Shown piece after piece: positions 50,533 to 59,345 of a DNA stretch of 64,000 bases. Made by a program: the position numbers and the translations under genes. The notes beneath the pieces were generated by a model. That model saw only the letters and a list, made by a program, of their open reading frames with translations. It did not search any database and had not been told where the DNA came from. Source of the DNA: Spartobacteria bacterium (GTDB lineage Bacteria > Verrucomicrobiota > Verrucomicrobiia > Chthoniobacterales > UBA10450); the NCBI GenBank assembly GCA_003169695.1, contig PNAS01000027.1, positions 40,488-104,487 on the forward strand. Direction: 5' to 3'. The stretch's first letter is position 1; each line of letters opens with the position of its first letter.

Positions 50533-51408
50533 TTAAAGTAGGTAAAAAAGCGGAAAAACGAAAATCCAGACCAAGTCTACAAAGTGCCAGAACAAGCCGG
50601 CGACCTCAACTCGATTGGCGAGATGCTCGGGGTTGCGCTTGTAAAGTTTTGTCCCGACGGGCAACCAGAGGTAGGTGAAGACAATCACGCCACCCAGCAC
50701 GTGCAATCCGTGAAGGCCAGTGATCGTGAAATAGCTCGCGAAATAGGCGCTGTGCTTGGGCAGAAACATGTTCGCGTACTCCACGTCAGCCTTCTCGATT
50801 TTCGCGAGCTTTTCTGTCGGCGGGACGTAGAGGAAATGCGGGCGATCCATTAGCGGATTGGTCGGATCCGCGTTCACTGGATCGAGCGCGATCTCGTACT
50901 CCTTCACGTTCTCGTCGTGGAGCGCCTCGTGATTATGCAAATGACCGCTGATCTCGGTCCGCGGCGCAAGTCCCTTCTCGGCGAGGTGGTGGTTCCCAAG
51001 ATAGGGCTCATATTTCTCAAGCGCGTCTTTCTTGATGAAGGCGCCGAAGTGCTCGAATTTTTGGGGCCACTCGTAGATGAGCTTTACTCCCAGAAAGGTC
51101 ACGCCGCACAAGATCGTGACGAGCATGTACCACCAGTAGGCGCGGAAGCGGCGCATCTTGAGCGACGCCCACGCCATGACGACCGTGACGGAAGACGCGA
51201 TTAGAATCGCGGTGTTCATCGTGCCGACCGGCACGTTCAATAATCCATGGGGCCACGCGCCCGGGGCAGCATCGAGCCTTAGAAAAACGTAAGCGGAGAA
51301 GAGTCCGCCGAAGAGCATGACTTCCGAAGCGAGGAAAAGCCAGATGCCAACCTTGGCATTCCAGAGGCCCGTATCCGGGCGGGCGGTGACCGTGTAGGGA
51401 ATTTCCAT
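50533..51408 (-). CDS. ctaE: Cytochrome c oxidase subunit III (5-TM type) with large hydrophilic insertion
   Basis: WLFLASEVMLFGGLFSAY, FTITGLHGLHVLGG, FWHFVDLVWIFVF. ATG 51408 lies 19 nt after the coxI stop. The longer ORF overlaps coxI. Confidence 0.88.
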   Translation of the reverse strand: MEIPYTVTARPDTGLWNAKVGIWLFLASEVMLFGGLFSAYVFLRLDAAPGAWPHGLLNVPVGTMNTAILIASSVTVVMAWASLKMRRFRAYWWYMLVTILCGVTFLGVKLIYEWPQKFEHFGAFIKKDALEKYEPYLGNHHLAEKGLAPRTEISGHLHNHEALHDENVKEYEIALDPVNADPTNPLMDRPHFLYVPPTEKLAKIEKADVEYANMFLPKHSAYFASYFTITGLHGLHVLGGVIVFTYLWLPVGTKLYKRNPEHLANRVEVAGLFWHFVDLVWIFVFPLFYLL

Positions 51409-51427
51409 GTCGCGGTGTCCTTGGCGA

Positions 51428-53314
51428 TTAATGCACCGCGGCCGCGGCTTCGTACGCTTTGCGGTCGCTTTCGCGCATCGGTTCGCTTTGCATCGTAAAG
51501 TCGTTCTCGCGGCCGGGGAGGCTGTATTCGTATGGGCCACGATAAACAGTAGGCGTCGTGGCGAAATTCCCGTGCGGCGGCGGGGAAGGCGCGGTCCATT
51601 CGAGGGTGGTGGCCTCCCAGGGATTATCGTTCACTTTCTTCCCATGCTTCATGCTCCAGAAGAAATTGATGATGAACGGAATCTGCGCCAGGCCCATGAC
51701 CCAGGCTGCAATCGAGATCGGCGTGTTCCATTGGAACCCGCTCAAGCCCCAGACTTTTTCGCCGGCCAGCGTCCAGCCCTGCCCGCCGTCATACCAGCGC
51801 CGGTGCATGCCGAGCATTCCCTGTAGAAACATCGGCAAGAAGATCATGTTCATGCAGATGAGCGAGGGCCAAAAATGCACTTTCCCCCAGAATTCATTCA
51901 TCATTCGACCAGTCGCTTTCGGGAACCAAAAATAAATTCCAGCGAAGACGGCGAAGATCGTTCCTGGAGCGACGATGTAATGAAAATGCGCGATCACGTA
52001 GTAGGTGTCGTGCAGATAAAGATCGGCCGAATTAAAGGCCAGCGGGATTCCAGTCAAGCCGCCAATGCCGAACATTGGCAAAAACGCCGTCGCGAAGAGC
52101 ATCGGGACATTGAACCTGATCGATCCGCCCCAGAGCGAAATGAAGAACGCGCTCAAGATGATAACCGATGGAATGGAAATGATCATCGTGGTCGTCTGGA
52201 AAAAAGCGCTCACGACCGAGCCCATCCCCGTCAGCCACATGTGATGCGCCCAGACGATGAAAGAGAGGAATCCCAGGACGAGCGCCGCGAAGACGAGCGA
52301 CTTGTAACCCCAGAGCGGCTTGCGCGTGTTGTTCGCGATGATCTCGGCGACGATCCCCATGCCCGGAAGGATGAGCACGTAGACTTCGGGGTGGCCGAGG
52401 AACCAAAACAAATGCTGCCAGAGCAATGGGCTGCCACCGCCGCTGTTATGCAACGGTACGCCGTTGATGATCAACCCGCTCGGCATGAAAAAGCTCGTCC
52501 CGGCCACGCGGTCCATCAGTTGCATCACGATTGCGGATTCGAGTGGCGGAAACGCCAGCAGAAGCAAAAACGCGGTCACGAATTGCGCCCAGACGAAGAA
52601 GGGTAAACGCATCCAGGTCATCCCTTTGGCGCGAAGCTGAATGATGGTCGCGATGAAATTGACCGCGCCGAGGAGCGATGATGTAATCAGCAAAATGAAG
52701 CCGATCAGCCAGAGCGTCTGGCCGTTGAAAATTGGATCGTAAGCTGGCCCCTTATCGGCGATGACCGCGAGCGGCGTGTAGGAGGTCCAGCCGCCTTTCG
52801 CGGCGCCACCAGGAACGAAAAAGCTGATGAGCATGACAACGCCACCGAAAAAGAAAGCCTGGTAGCTCGCCATATTGATTTTCGGGAAGGTCATGTCCGG
52901 TGCGCCGATCTGGAGAGGCACGACGAAATTTCCGAAGGCGGCGAATGCGATCGGCACGATGCCGAGAAAGATCATGATCGTGCCGTGCATTGCGCCTAAC
53001 GAGTTGTAAAACTCGGGCGTCATCTTGCCGTCCGGCATGCTGCCTGGTCCGAAGACGTGACCGATCCAATTCCCAATCACAGGCAGAGCCTGGCCCGGGT
53101 AAGCCAACTGCCAACGCATCAGCATCATGAGCGAAAAACCGAAGAACAGGAAAATCAATCCGGTAATGCCGTACTGGATCCCGATGACCTTGTGATCGGT
53201 CGAGATAATGTACTTCCGCCAGAATGGAAGTTCGTGGTGGTCGTGCCCGGCATCGTGATGATGCGGATCGTGTTGGGCGTGCGGGTGAGGAGCGAGGCCA
53301 GAGGAAGCGTCCAT
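51428..53314 (-). CDS. ctaD: Cytochrome c oxidase subunit I (A-family haem-copper oxidase)
   Basis: All canonical ligand motifs are present: AMHGTIMIF, WFLGHPEVYVLILP, VWAHHMW and HDTYYVIAHFHYIV. Confidence 0.95.
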   Translation of the reverse strand: MDASSGLAPHPHAQHDPHHHDAGHDHHELPFWRKYIISTDHKVIGIQYGITGLIFLFFGFSLMMLMRWQLAYPGQALPVIGNWIGHVFGPGSMPDGKMTPEFYNSLGAMHGTIMIFLGIVPIAFAAFGNFVVPLQIGAPDMTFPKINMASYQAFFFGGVVMLISFFVPGGAAKGGWTSYTPLAVIADKGPAYDPIFNGQTLWLIGFILLITSSLLGAVNFIATIIQLRAKGMTWMRLPFFVWAQFVTAFLLLLAFPPLESAIVMQLMDRVAGTSFFMPSGLIINGVPLHNSGGGSPLLWQHLFWFLGHPEVYVLILPGMGIVAEIIANNTRKPLWGYKSLVFAALVLGFLSFIVWAHHMWLTGMGSVVSAFFQTTTMIISIPSVIILSAFFISLWGGSIRFNVPMLFATAFLPMFGIGGLTGIPLAFNSADLYLHDTYYVIAHFHYIVAPGTIFAVFAGIYFWFPKATGRMMNEFWGKVHFWPSLICMNMIFLPMFLQGMLGMHRRWYDGGQGWTLAGEKVWGLSGFQWNTPISIAAWVMGLAQIPFIINFFWSMKHGKKVNDNPWEATTLEWTAPSPPPHGNFATTPTVYRGPYEYSLPGRENDFTMQSEPMRESDRKAYEAAAAVH

Positions 53315-53502
53315 ATGCGGGAATCTGAAACTGAATATCAGGGCAAAGTTTTCAAGAGAAAAGCGCCTTTTTAATCAGAATGCGCCCTCTCCCGGATAGG
53401 ATCGCAGCATCGGCTCACTCTGCGTGTGACGTTCTTACGGGTTATCCACATCCCTGCTGGGCACAATTCTCGCTAAGTTATCTCTCCAGCGTCTCCGGCC
53501 TT

Positions 53503-54681
53503 GTGAATAAAGAACTTATTGATGCTCTGCTTTCAGCGATGATCAGCAGCAGCGAAGGCATTTCCGATCTGCTCTTCGCTGTTGGCCGGCCGCCTATCGT
53601 GGAAGAGCACGGCGTCCTTGAGGAATTTCCCGTCGAAACGGCCACTGGTGTCTTGGATTTGACTCAAATCGAACAGATCGCGGCCCACCTGATGGGTGAT
53701 GACGACCGGCTGAAAAACGAGTTTGCGACCTACGGTTCGTGCGATTGCAGCTACGCCCTCCCCAAGCTCGCTCGGTTTCGCGTTAACATTTTCAAGCAAA
53801 ATGGCCGGCAAGCCATCGTCATGCGCAAGCTCCAGACGGAAATCCCGACGCTCGAACAACTCGGGCTGCCCCCGATCTTCAATGAAATGGTCAAGGAGAA
53901 AAACGGGATCATTTTCGTCACGGGCGCCACCGGCAGCGGAAAGACGACGACGCTCGCTGCGATGTTGAATGAGCTAAATGTGACGCAAAAGATTCACATT
54001 CTGACCCTGGAAGACCCGATCGAGTTTCTGCACCCGCACAGGCAAGCACTTTTCAACCAGCGTCAGCTCGGCAAGGATTTTCCCGATTTCGCCAGCGGCC
54101 TGCGCGCAGCGCTCCGCCAGGCGCCGAAAGTAATTCTGGTCGGCGAAATTCGCGACCGCGCCACAATGGAAATCGCGATGACCGCGTCCGAGACCGGTCA
54201 CATCGTTTTCACGACGATGCATACGATCAATGCGGGACAAACGATCAACCGCGTCCTCGGAATGTTCAGCAAGGACGAGGAGCAGCAGCTTCGGCAGCGG
54301 CTCGCGGATACAGTTCGTTATGTGGTGAGCCAGCGGCTCGTAAGCAAAATCGGCGGTGGCCGCCTGCTCGTCTCGGAAATCATGGGCAGCAGCTTGCGCA
54401 CGCGAGAAACCTTACTTTACGGTGAGAGCGAGAATCGGACGTTCCAGGAGATCATCGAAGCCGGCGACACTCTGGGCTGGCACACCTTTGATCAATCACT
54501 GCTCAAAGCTTATAAGGCCGATCTCATCACCGACGAGACCACGATCATTTTCTGCGCGCACAAAAACAAAATGCGGCGTGACATCGACATGGTGAAGAAG
54601 TTGCGGAACCGCACCTTCGACGAACCGTCCGGGCTCCGAATGGACGCTGAAGCCGAAGCGACGACGTGGGCCGCGGCGTGA
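53503..54681 (+). CDS. pilT: Type IV pilus retraction ATPase PilT family
   Basis: Walker A GATGSGKTTT, LTLEDPIEF, ILVGEIRD and TGHIVFTTMHT. GTG 53503 (MNKELIDALL...) matches the usual PilT N-terminus. The ORF is open from 53380. Confidence 0.9.
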   Translation: MNKELIDALLSAMISSSEGISDLLFAVGRPPIVEEHGVLEEFPVETATGVLDLTQIEQIAAHLMGDDDRLKNEFATYGSCDCSYALPKLARFRVNIFKQNGRQAIVMRKLQTEIPTLEQLGLPPIFNEMVKEKNGIIFVTGATGSGKTTTLAAMLNELNVTQKIHILTLEDPIEFLHPHRQALFNQRQLGKDFPDFASGLRAALRQAPKVILVGEIRDRATMEIAMTASETGHIVFTTMHTINAGQTINRVLGMFSKDEEQQLRQRLADTVRYVVSQRLVSKIGGGRLLVSEIMGSSLRTRETLLYGESENRTFQEIIEAGDTLGWHTFDQSLLKAYKADLITDETTIIFCAHKNKMRRDIDMVKKLRNRTFDEPSGLRMDAEAEATTWAAA

Positions 54682-54702
54682 TCATGGAACATTAACGAGC
54701 AA

Positions 54703-55410
54703 ATGAATCAAACTAACGAGGCTAGACCTCTGCCGCCCGAGTTTGAGAATGAAGGGACCGCTGTCCCGGATCATTCGGACCGGCAGAACTCCACGGAACG
54801 CGAATTCCGCGCGGAGTTAAGTCAGAAACTGCGCACGCCGCTCAACACGATTATCGGGTTCGCCGAGCTGGTGGCAATGCGTCCCGGGATCGCAACAAAG
54901 GACCCAGACGTGCAGCACATCCTCAAGGCCGCGCGTGACCTGCTCGAAATCATCAATCGCGAATTGGCGGATCCCAATGTCCCGCCGCCGAAAAGCGAGC
55001 CAAGCCTGGTTCCGCCCATCTCAGTCGACGTTCTCTATATTGAAGACGATCTCGTGAATTTCACTTTGATTGAACGAATTCTGGAATTTCGGCCGGCGCT
55101 AAAGCTGCTCCATGCGGCGCGAGGTGAGACGGGCGTCGAGCTGGCACAGATCCATCATCCGAAGTTGATTTTGTTGGATCTCAATCTTCCCGATATACAC
55201 GGCTCGGAAGTGCTCCGGAGGTTGCAAAGCGATCCCACGACAGCCCAAGTGCCGGTCGTGGTGTTGAGCGCCGATGCCACACCGAGCCAGATCGAGCGGT
55301 TGCTAACGGCCGGGGCGCGGAATTACCTCACGAAGCCTTTCGATATCGATCCGTTCCTCGCGGTTGTCGACGAGATGGTGAGCGAACAGACGCCGGCTTC
55401 ACGCTCGTAA
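54703..55410 (+). CDS. Receiver (REC) domain protein with N-terminal degenerate HisKA/DHp segment (Gln in place of phospho-His) and no ATPase domain
   Basis: The H-box-like ELSQKLRTPLNTIIGFAELV has Q41 where His is expected. REC is intact: YIEDD, LILLDLNLPD, VVVLSAD and YLTKPF. Confidence 0.85.
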   Translation: MNQTNEARPLPPEFENEGTAVPDHSDRQNSTEREFRAELSQKLRTPLNTIIGFAELVAMRPGIATKDPDVQHILKAARDLLEIINRELADPNVPPPKSEPSLVPPISVDVLYIEDDLVNFTLIERILEFRPALKLLHAARGETGVELAQIHHPKLILLDLNLPDIHGSEVLRRLQSDPTTAQVPVVVLSADATPSQIERLLTAGARNYLTKPFDIDPFLAVVDEMVSEQTPASRS

Positions 55411-55557
55411 GGCGACCGGCTTTGCTTTCGTCGTACCCAAGGCGCTCCGTCGCCGTGCCTGTCTCCACATGAAAGCGGTCCGACAAAGCGGGGCGGCTCC
55501 AGCGTTCGCCACCCTCACGTGTTTATGAGCTGGCGGTAGTGTGTAAGTTGATTGCCC

Positions 55558-56043
55558 ATGTTCGCAGCATCCGATCTCAGTAACTCAACCAAAGCGGAGC
55601 TCTATCGCGAGCTGGCGGCGCAATGCCGGGCTCTGATCGACGATGAGACCGATCCGATTGCGAACATGGCAAACTGCGCGGCGCTGATTTTCAATTCGGT
55701 TCCGCGCTTGAACTGGGCGGGCTTTTATTTGTTGAAAGGTGGCGAACTGGTTCTGGGCCCGTTCCAAGGACGGCCGGCCTGCGTCCGAATCGCGATCGGG
55801 CACGGCGTCTGCGGGACCGCGGCGGAAAGTCATTCAACGCTTCGAGTCGCGGACGTGACGAAATTTCCTGGGCACATCGCTTGCGACAGCGCGTCGAGAT
55901 CGGAAATCGTGGTGCCGCTCCTGACCGACGATTCTCACCTTATCGGCGTGCTCGACGTCGACAGCTCGGAATTGGATCGCTTTGATGCGGAGGATGAGGC
56001 GGGCCTCTCGGCCCTCGCCAAGATCATCGCCCGCAAGGTCTAG
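55558..56043 (+). CDS. GAF-domain protein, free methionine-(R)-sulfoxide reductase (YebR/MsrC)-like
   Basis: NWAGFYLLKGGELVLGPFQGRPACVRIAIGHGVCGTAA...GHIACDSASRSEIVVPL. ATG 55558; TTG 55552 is also possible. Confidence 0.8.
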   Translation: MFAASDLSNSTKAELYRELAAQCRALIDDETDPIANMANCAALIFNSVPRLNWAGFYLLKGGELVLGPFQGRPACVRIAIGHGVCGTAAESHSTLRVADVTKFPGHIACDSASRSEIVVPLLTDDSHLIGVLDVDSSELDRFDAEDEAGLSALAKIIARKV

Positions 56044-56331
56044 CTACGCCTTTTCCTCCGCCTCTTCACCGTGGTCGACAATGTCATCGCTCTCGAAGAG
56101 CACGCCCGCGCAATCTCACGCCACAGCGGCTTCGATCGCAAAAGCCGTTCGAGATCCATCGCGAAATGTTTGAATTCTTCCTTCGGTGCATTCCGCACGA
56201 TGGCGCGTGCGCTCGTTCTTCCCGAGCGAATTCCGCTGCTCATATCAATTGATCGCCTCCGCTTTTTCCGTTAACGAAACGATCATGTGCGCGTCTCAGC
56301 GGAAAGTTCGCTCGCGGGCTCATGATATTGT

Positions 56332-57369
56332 TCAAATTCCATTATTTCTCTTTTCTTTTCGCCAGGAGATGTTTGACACCCTTTCCGGGACTGTTTTTTC
56401 ATCTGCCAATTGCGCATCGCGAAATCGCCGCAACGAGTGCGTCGCGAGACTCTCGTCAAAAAGATCGCGATTGATCGCCTGCGCGGCAGCGGCGCCCTGA
56501 CCGGCAGCGATTATCATCTGGCAATTCGCCGGCGTCACACACCCAGCGGCGTAAAGTCCCGGCACACTTGTGCGCATGCATTGATCGACTTTGATCTGGC
56601 CGTGTGCGTCCAGTTTCGCGCCCAGCTTTTCGGCCAGCCCGGTGTGAAAAATATCGCCGCGCGTGGTGAAAATGTAGTTGATCTTCACGCACGTCCCGCC
56701 CGCGAAATCAAGCGCGTGAATCTTGCGCTTCCGATGGTCAACGTTGATGATGCGGTTGCGCTCCACTGGGATTTCATATTCGGCTAGCCAGCGTGCATGC
56801 CGCTTGTGCCAACGGGGTTGCTTGCCGTTCGTCGCCACAATTACGCACGCGGAATAATGCAACATCCCGAGCGCGTACTCGACCGCTTCGTTGTTCACGC
56901 CAATGATCGCGATCCGTTTTCCGCGCACCCGAAATCCGTCGCAGTCTTTGCAAAAAAACATGCTGTGGCCGAGGCATTCCGTTACGCCGGGAATCTCCGG
57001 GGGCAGATGAAAAATTCCCGTGGCGAGGAGCAGCCGTTTCGCGCGGTAGGTTTTGTTCTTCCCCTTCAGAACAAAGCCCGACTTTTTCGAGGAGACCGTT
57101 CTGATCTCATCGTGCGCGAAACGCACATTGTGCCGTCTTGCTTGTCGACATCCGTTCTTCAAAAGCTCTTCGCCTCCGACACCGTTTGGAAAACCGAGAT
57201 AGTTCTCCACGATCGGCTCCCATTTCGCCATCGAGTGTCCTGAATCGATCACGAGCGTGTCGCGTTGCGCGCGCCCGAGGTAAATCGCGGCGGACAAGCC
57301 CGCAATGCCACCGCCGATAATAGTGACTTCGCGGGTTTGGGGATCGTCGAGGTCTTTGTGCTGGATCAT
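56332..57369 (-). CDS. FAD/NAD(P)-dependent pyridine nucleotide-disulfide oxidoreductase (thioredoxin-reductase-like)
   Basis: VTIIGGGIAGLSAAIYLGRA, redox-like FFCKDCDG, IAIIGVNNEAVEYA and YAAGCV. ATG 57369 chosen; GTG 57402 is open. Confidence 0.8.
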   Translation of the reverse strand: MIQHKDLDDPQTREVTIIGGGIAGLSAAIYLGRAQRDTLVIDSGHSMAKWEPIVENYLGFPNGVGGEELLKNGCRQARRHNVRFAHDEIRTVSSKKSGFVLKGKNKTYRAKRLLLATGIFHLPPEIPGVTECLGHSMFFCKDCDGFRVRGKRIAIIGVNNEAVEYALGMLHYSACVIVATNGKQPRWHKRHARWLAEYEIPVERNRIINVDHRKRKIHALDFAGGTCVKINYIFTTRGDIFHTGLAEKLGAKLDAHGQIKVDQCMRTSVPGLYAAGCVTPANCQMIIAAGQGAAAAQAINRDLFDESLATHSLRRFRDAQLADEKTVPERVSNISWRKEKRNNGI

Positions 57370-57431
57370 ATGAGTTCGACGAGGAATCGCGCAGGACGTC
57401 ACGGTAAGATGCCTTTACTGGAAAGGCATTT

Positions 57432-57498
57432 GTAGCCGCGGCGCTCTGTCGCTGCGTGAATCGAAGCACGACGCGCCGATAGAAGCGCCGGCGGCTAC
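57432..57498. repeat. REP/REPIN-like inverted pair with GTAG heads
   Basis: GTAGCCGCGGCGCTCTGTCGCTGCG (from 57432, +) and GTAGCCGCCGGCGCTTCTATCGGCGCG (from 57498, -). An adjacent 8-bp hairpin ATGCCTTT-ACTGG-AAAGGCAT lies at 57409-57429. Confidence 0.5.
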
Positions 57499-57510
57499 AT
57501 AAACGGGATG

Positions 57511-58296
57511 CTACGCTTTTGGAGGAGCTGGCGCGGCGCTGGCTTGGGGGTTCGGCGGCTCGCCTGGTTTCGTGGCAGGCGCCTCGCCGCCTGGAAGATT
57601 TGCGTCCTCTGGAACGGCTTTCAGGTCGGGCTCGGTAAAGGAATCAGGATGGTTCGCAAGCTCTTTACGAAGGGCAGCGATGGCTTCCGGTGTCACAGGC
57701 CCGCCCTTGTTCCCCCACTCCTGGCGGATGAAGGTGAGAACGTCGGAGATCTTGGCATCGGTCAGCGTTTTCTCCCATGGCTGCATCACTGCGGAGCCGA
57801 ACGCCATTCCTTTGACAGTGAGCGGGCCTTGCAGGCCTTTCAGCACGATCATGCCTAGCCGACGGGTGCCACCATTCACGTATTCTGACCCAGCCAGCGG
57901 CGGATATTGGCCGGCGACACCAGTGCCGCTCATCTGATGACAGGTGGCGCAATTCGCCGAGAAAATCTTTTTGCCGCGGTCGGCTGGTGAGAGCTCGGCT
58001 GTTTGAGCTCCACCGCCCGGGCCGGTCGCTCCAGATTTGGTCGGACGCGGTGCGCCGCCGAACGGATCAAGACCATCGCCGCTGAAATTTCCGGAATAGC
58101 GCCCGAGGTAAGCGCCGCCAAAAAAGATGGCAAGCCCGTAGATCGCAATCAACCAGAGTGAGAGAGGCTCGAGTCCGACGGCCGGTTCCCGCTTTTCGCG
58201 CTGGATGGCGGCGTGAACCTGATGGACATCCTCGGTTTCACCATAGTCCATCCCCTGCCGGACCCTGCGCTCTGGAGCGGGTGAGTTCTCGTTCAT
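57511..58296 (-). CDS. Membrane-anchored monohaem class I cytochrome c
   Basis: One TM (LSLWLIAIYGLAIFFGGAYL), CATCH haem motif with a downstream Met region (AFGSAVMQPW) and a P-rich tail. ATG 58296 overlaps the ccoO-like stop (ATGA). Confidence 0.85.
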   Translation of the reverse strand: MNENSPAPERRVRQGMDYGETEDVHQVHAAIQREKREPAVGLEPLSLWLIAIYGLAIFFGGAYLGRYSGNFSGDGLDPFGGAPRPTKSGATGPGGGAQTAELSPADRGKKIFSANCATCHQMSGTGVAGQYPPLAGSEYVNGGTRRLGMIVLKGLQGPLTVKGMAFGSAVMQPWEKTLTDAKISDVLTFIRQEWGNKGGPVTPEAIAALRKELANHPDSFTEPDLKAVPEDANLPGGEAPATKPGEPPNPQASAAPAPPKA

Positions 58297-59345
58297 TTCG
58301 CCTCCTTCGTCGGCGCTGGCGCTGGTGATGCGGAGGAGGCCGCCGGTGAAGGAGCGGGTGCAGATGAGGGTGGCGCGGCTGTCGCTTTCACTTCTTTCAA
58401 GGCGTGTGATTGGTCGAGCGACATCAGATACGCGACGAGACATTTCGCATCGTAGGTCGGCACCACTTCCCAACCTGCCGGAACTGCATCTCGCTCACCC
58501 AACTTCAAAGCATCGGCCGCCCGTTCGCCGCTGATGGGTCGTTTCTCATAGAGGAAATGATAAGCCGGCATGTTGGAATCCAGGACAAGGCTGCGCGGAC
58601 TGTAAAGGTGACGATGATGCCACGCTGCAGTGTAGGGAGGCGGCGTGCCATTGGCGGTGGCGGTTGTGCCGGCCAGGGTCGCGGCATTCGCTGCGGGATT
58701 CGGAGAAGCTGCGGTCATAGCAGGACTTACCGAAGCAGGAGCGGGAGATGTTACGGCGGCGACCTTTGCGGGTGAAATGGCCGGCGAAGCAGCGGCAACA
58801 ACCGGCGATGGAGAAGGCGCGGCAGTAGTTGCGGCGGAAGTTGCCGGAGGCGCGGACGCCGCGGGCGCCGGAGGTGTTGACGGAGAAGCTCCGGGCGCGG
58901 GATTGCTCGCAGGTGATGCTTGAGGTGTCGTCGGGCCAGCCGGGGTTGGGTTCCCGGCAGGCGAGGCGTTTTCCTCCTCAACTGGCGCGCGTTTTCCAAT
59001 GTTCGACAAGTCCGGTCCCAACCTCATTTTGCCCAGCATAATGGGGCGTTCGAAGAGATAATCACGCGGCGCGCTGCGACGCTCACCCCATTTGCGATCG
59101 ATGTCCGAAGCCGCGTAATCGGCGCGCACTTGCTGGCTATGACAGTAAACGCAGCCATTCGCGGCATAAATTCGACGGCCACGGTCGGCCATTCCCGACT
59201 TCGGCGCGGGATAAGGGTCATTTCCGTCTTCGTCCATTTGCGGATCGAGGTGCCCGATTTGGTAATTCGGAATGAGGATCAGCCCCGTCCATGAGAAAGC
59301 GAACGTGCCGAAGATCCCCAGAAAGAGCGCTACGATCCCCTTCAT
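58293..59345 (-). CDS. CcoO-like monohaem subunit (cbb3 oxidase subunit II family) with ~115-aa low-complexity insertion
   Basis: N-terminal TM, GCVYCHSQQVR, GKMRLGPDLSNIG ... WHHRHLYSPRSLVLDSNMPAY. An A/P/S/T-rich insert lies between the two conserved halves. Confidence 0.85.
   Translation of the reverse strand: MKGIVALFLGIFGTFAFSWTGLILIPNYQIGHLDPQMDEDGNDPYPAPKSGMADRGRRIYAANGCVYCHSQQVRADYAASDIDRKWGERRSAPRDYLFERPIMLGKMRLGPDLSNIGKRAPVEEENASPAGNPTPAGPTTPQASPASNPAPGASPSTPPAPAASAPPATSAATTAAPSPSPVVAAASPAISPAKVAAVTSPAPASVSPAMTAASPNPAANAATLAGTTATANGTPPPYTAAWHHRHLYSPRSLVLDSNMPAYHFLYEKRPISGERAADALKLGERDAVPAGWEVVPTYDAKCLVAYLMSLDQSHALKEVKATAAPPSSAPAPSPAASSASPAPAPTKEAK

Noticed and set aside
56044-56331. 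288-nt convergent spacer between the GAF gene and the TrxR-like gene, containing ORFs 56040-56243 (-) and 56071-56274 (+) and a 27-codon ORF starting at 56323 (-)
   Set aside because: A short stretch (IVRNAPKEEFKHFAMDLERLLRSKPLWREIA) looks protein-like and might be a gene remnant. I cannot match it to any family, the ORFs overlap each other on opposite strands, and the ends are Arg/Ser-rich. There is not enough evidence to call a gene or pseudogene.
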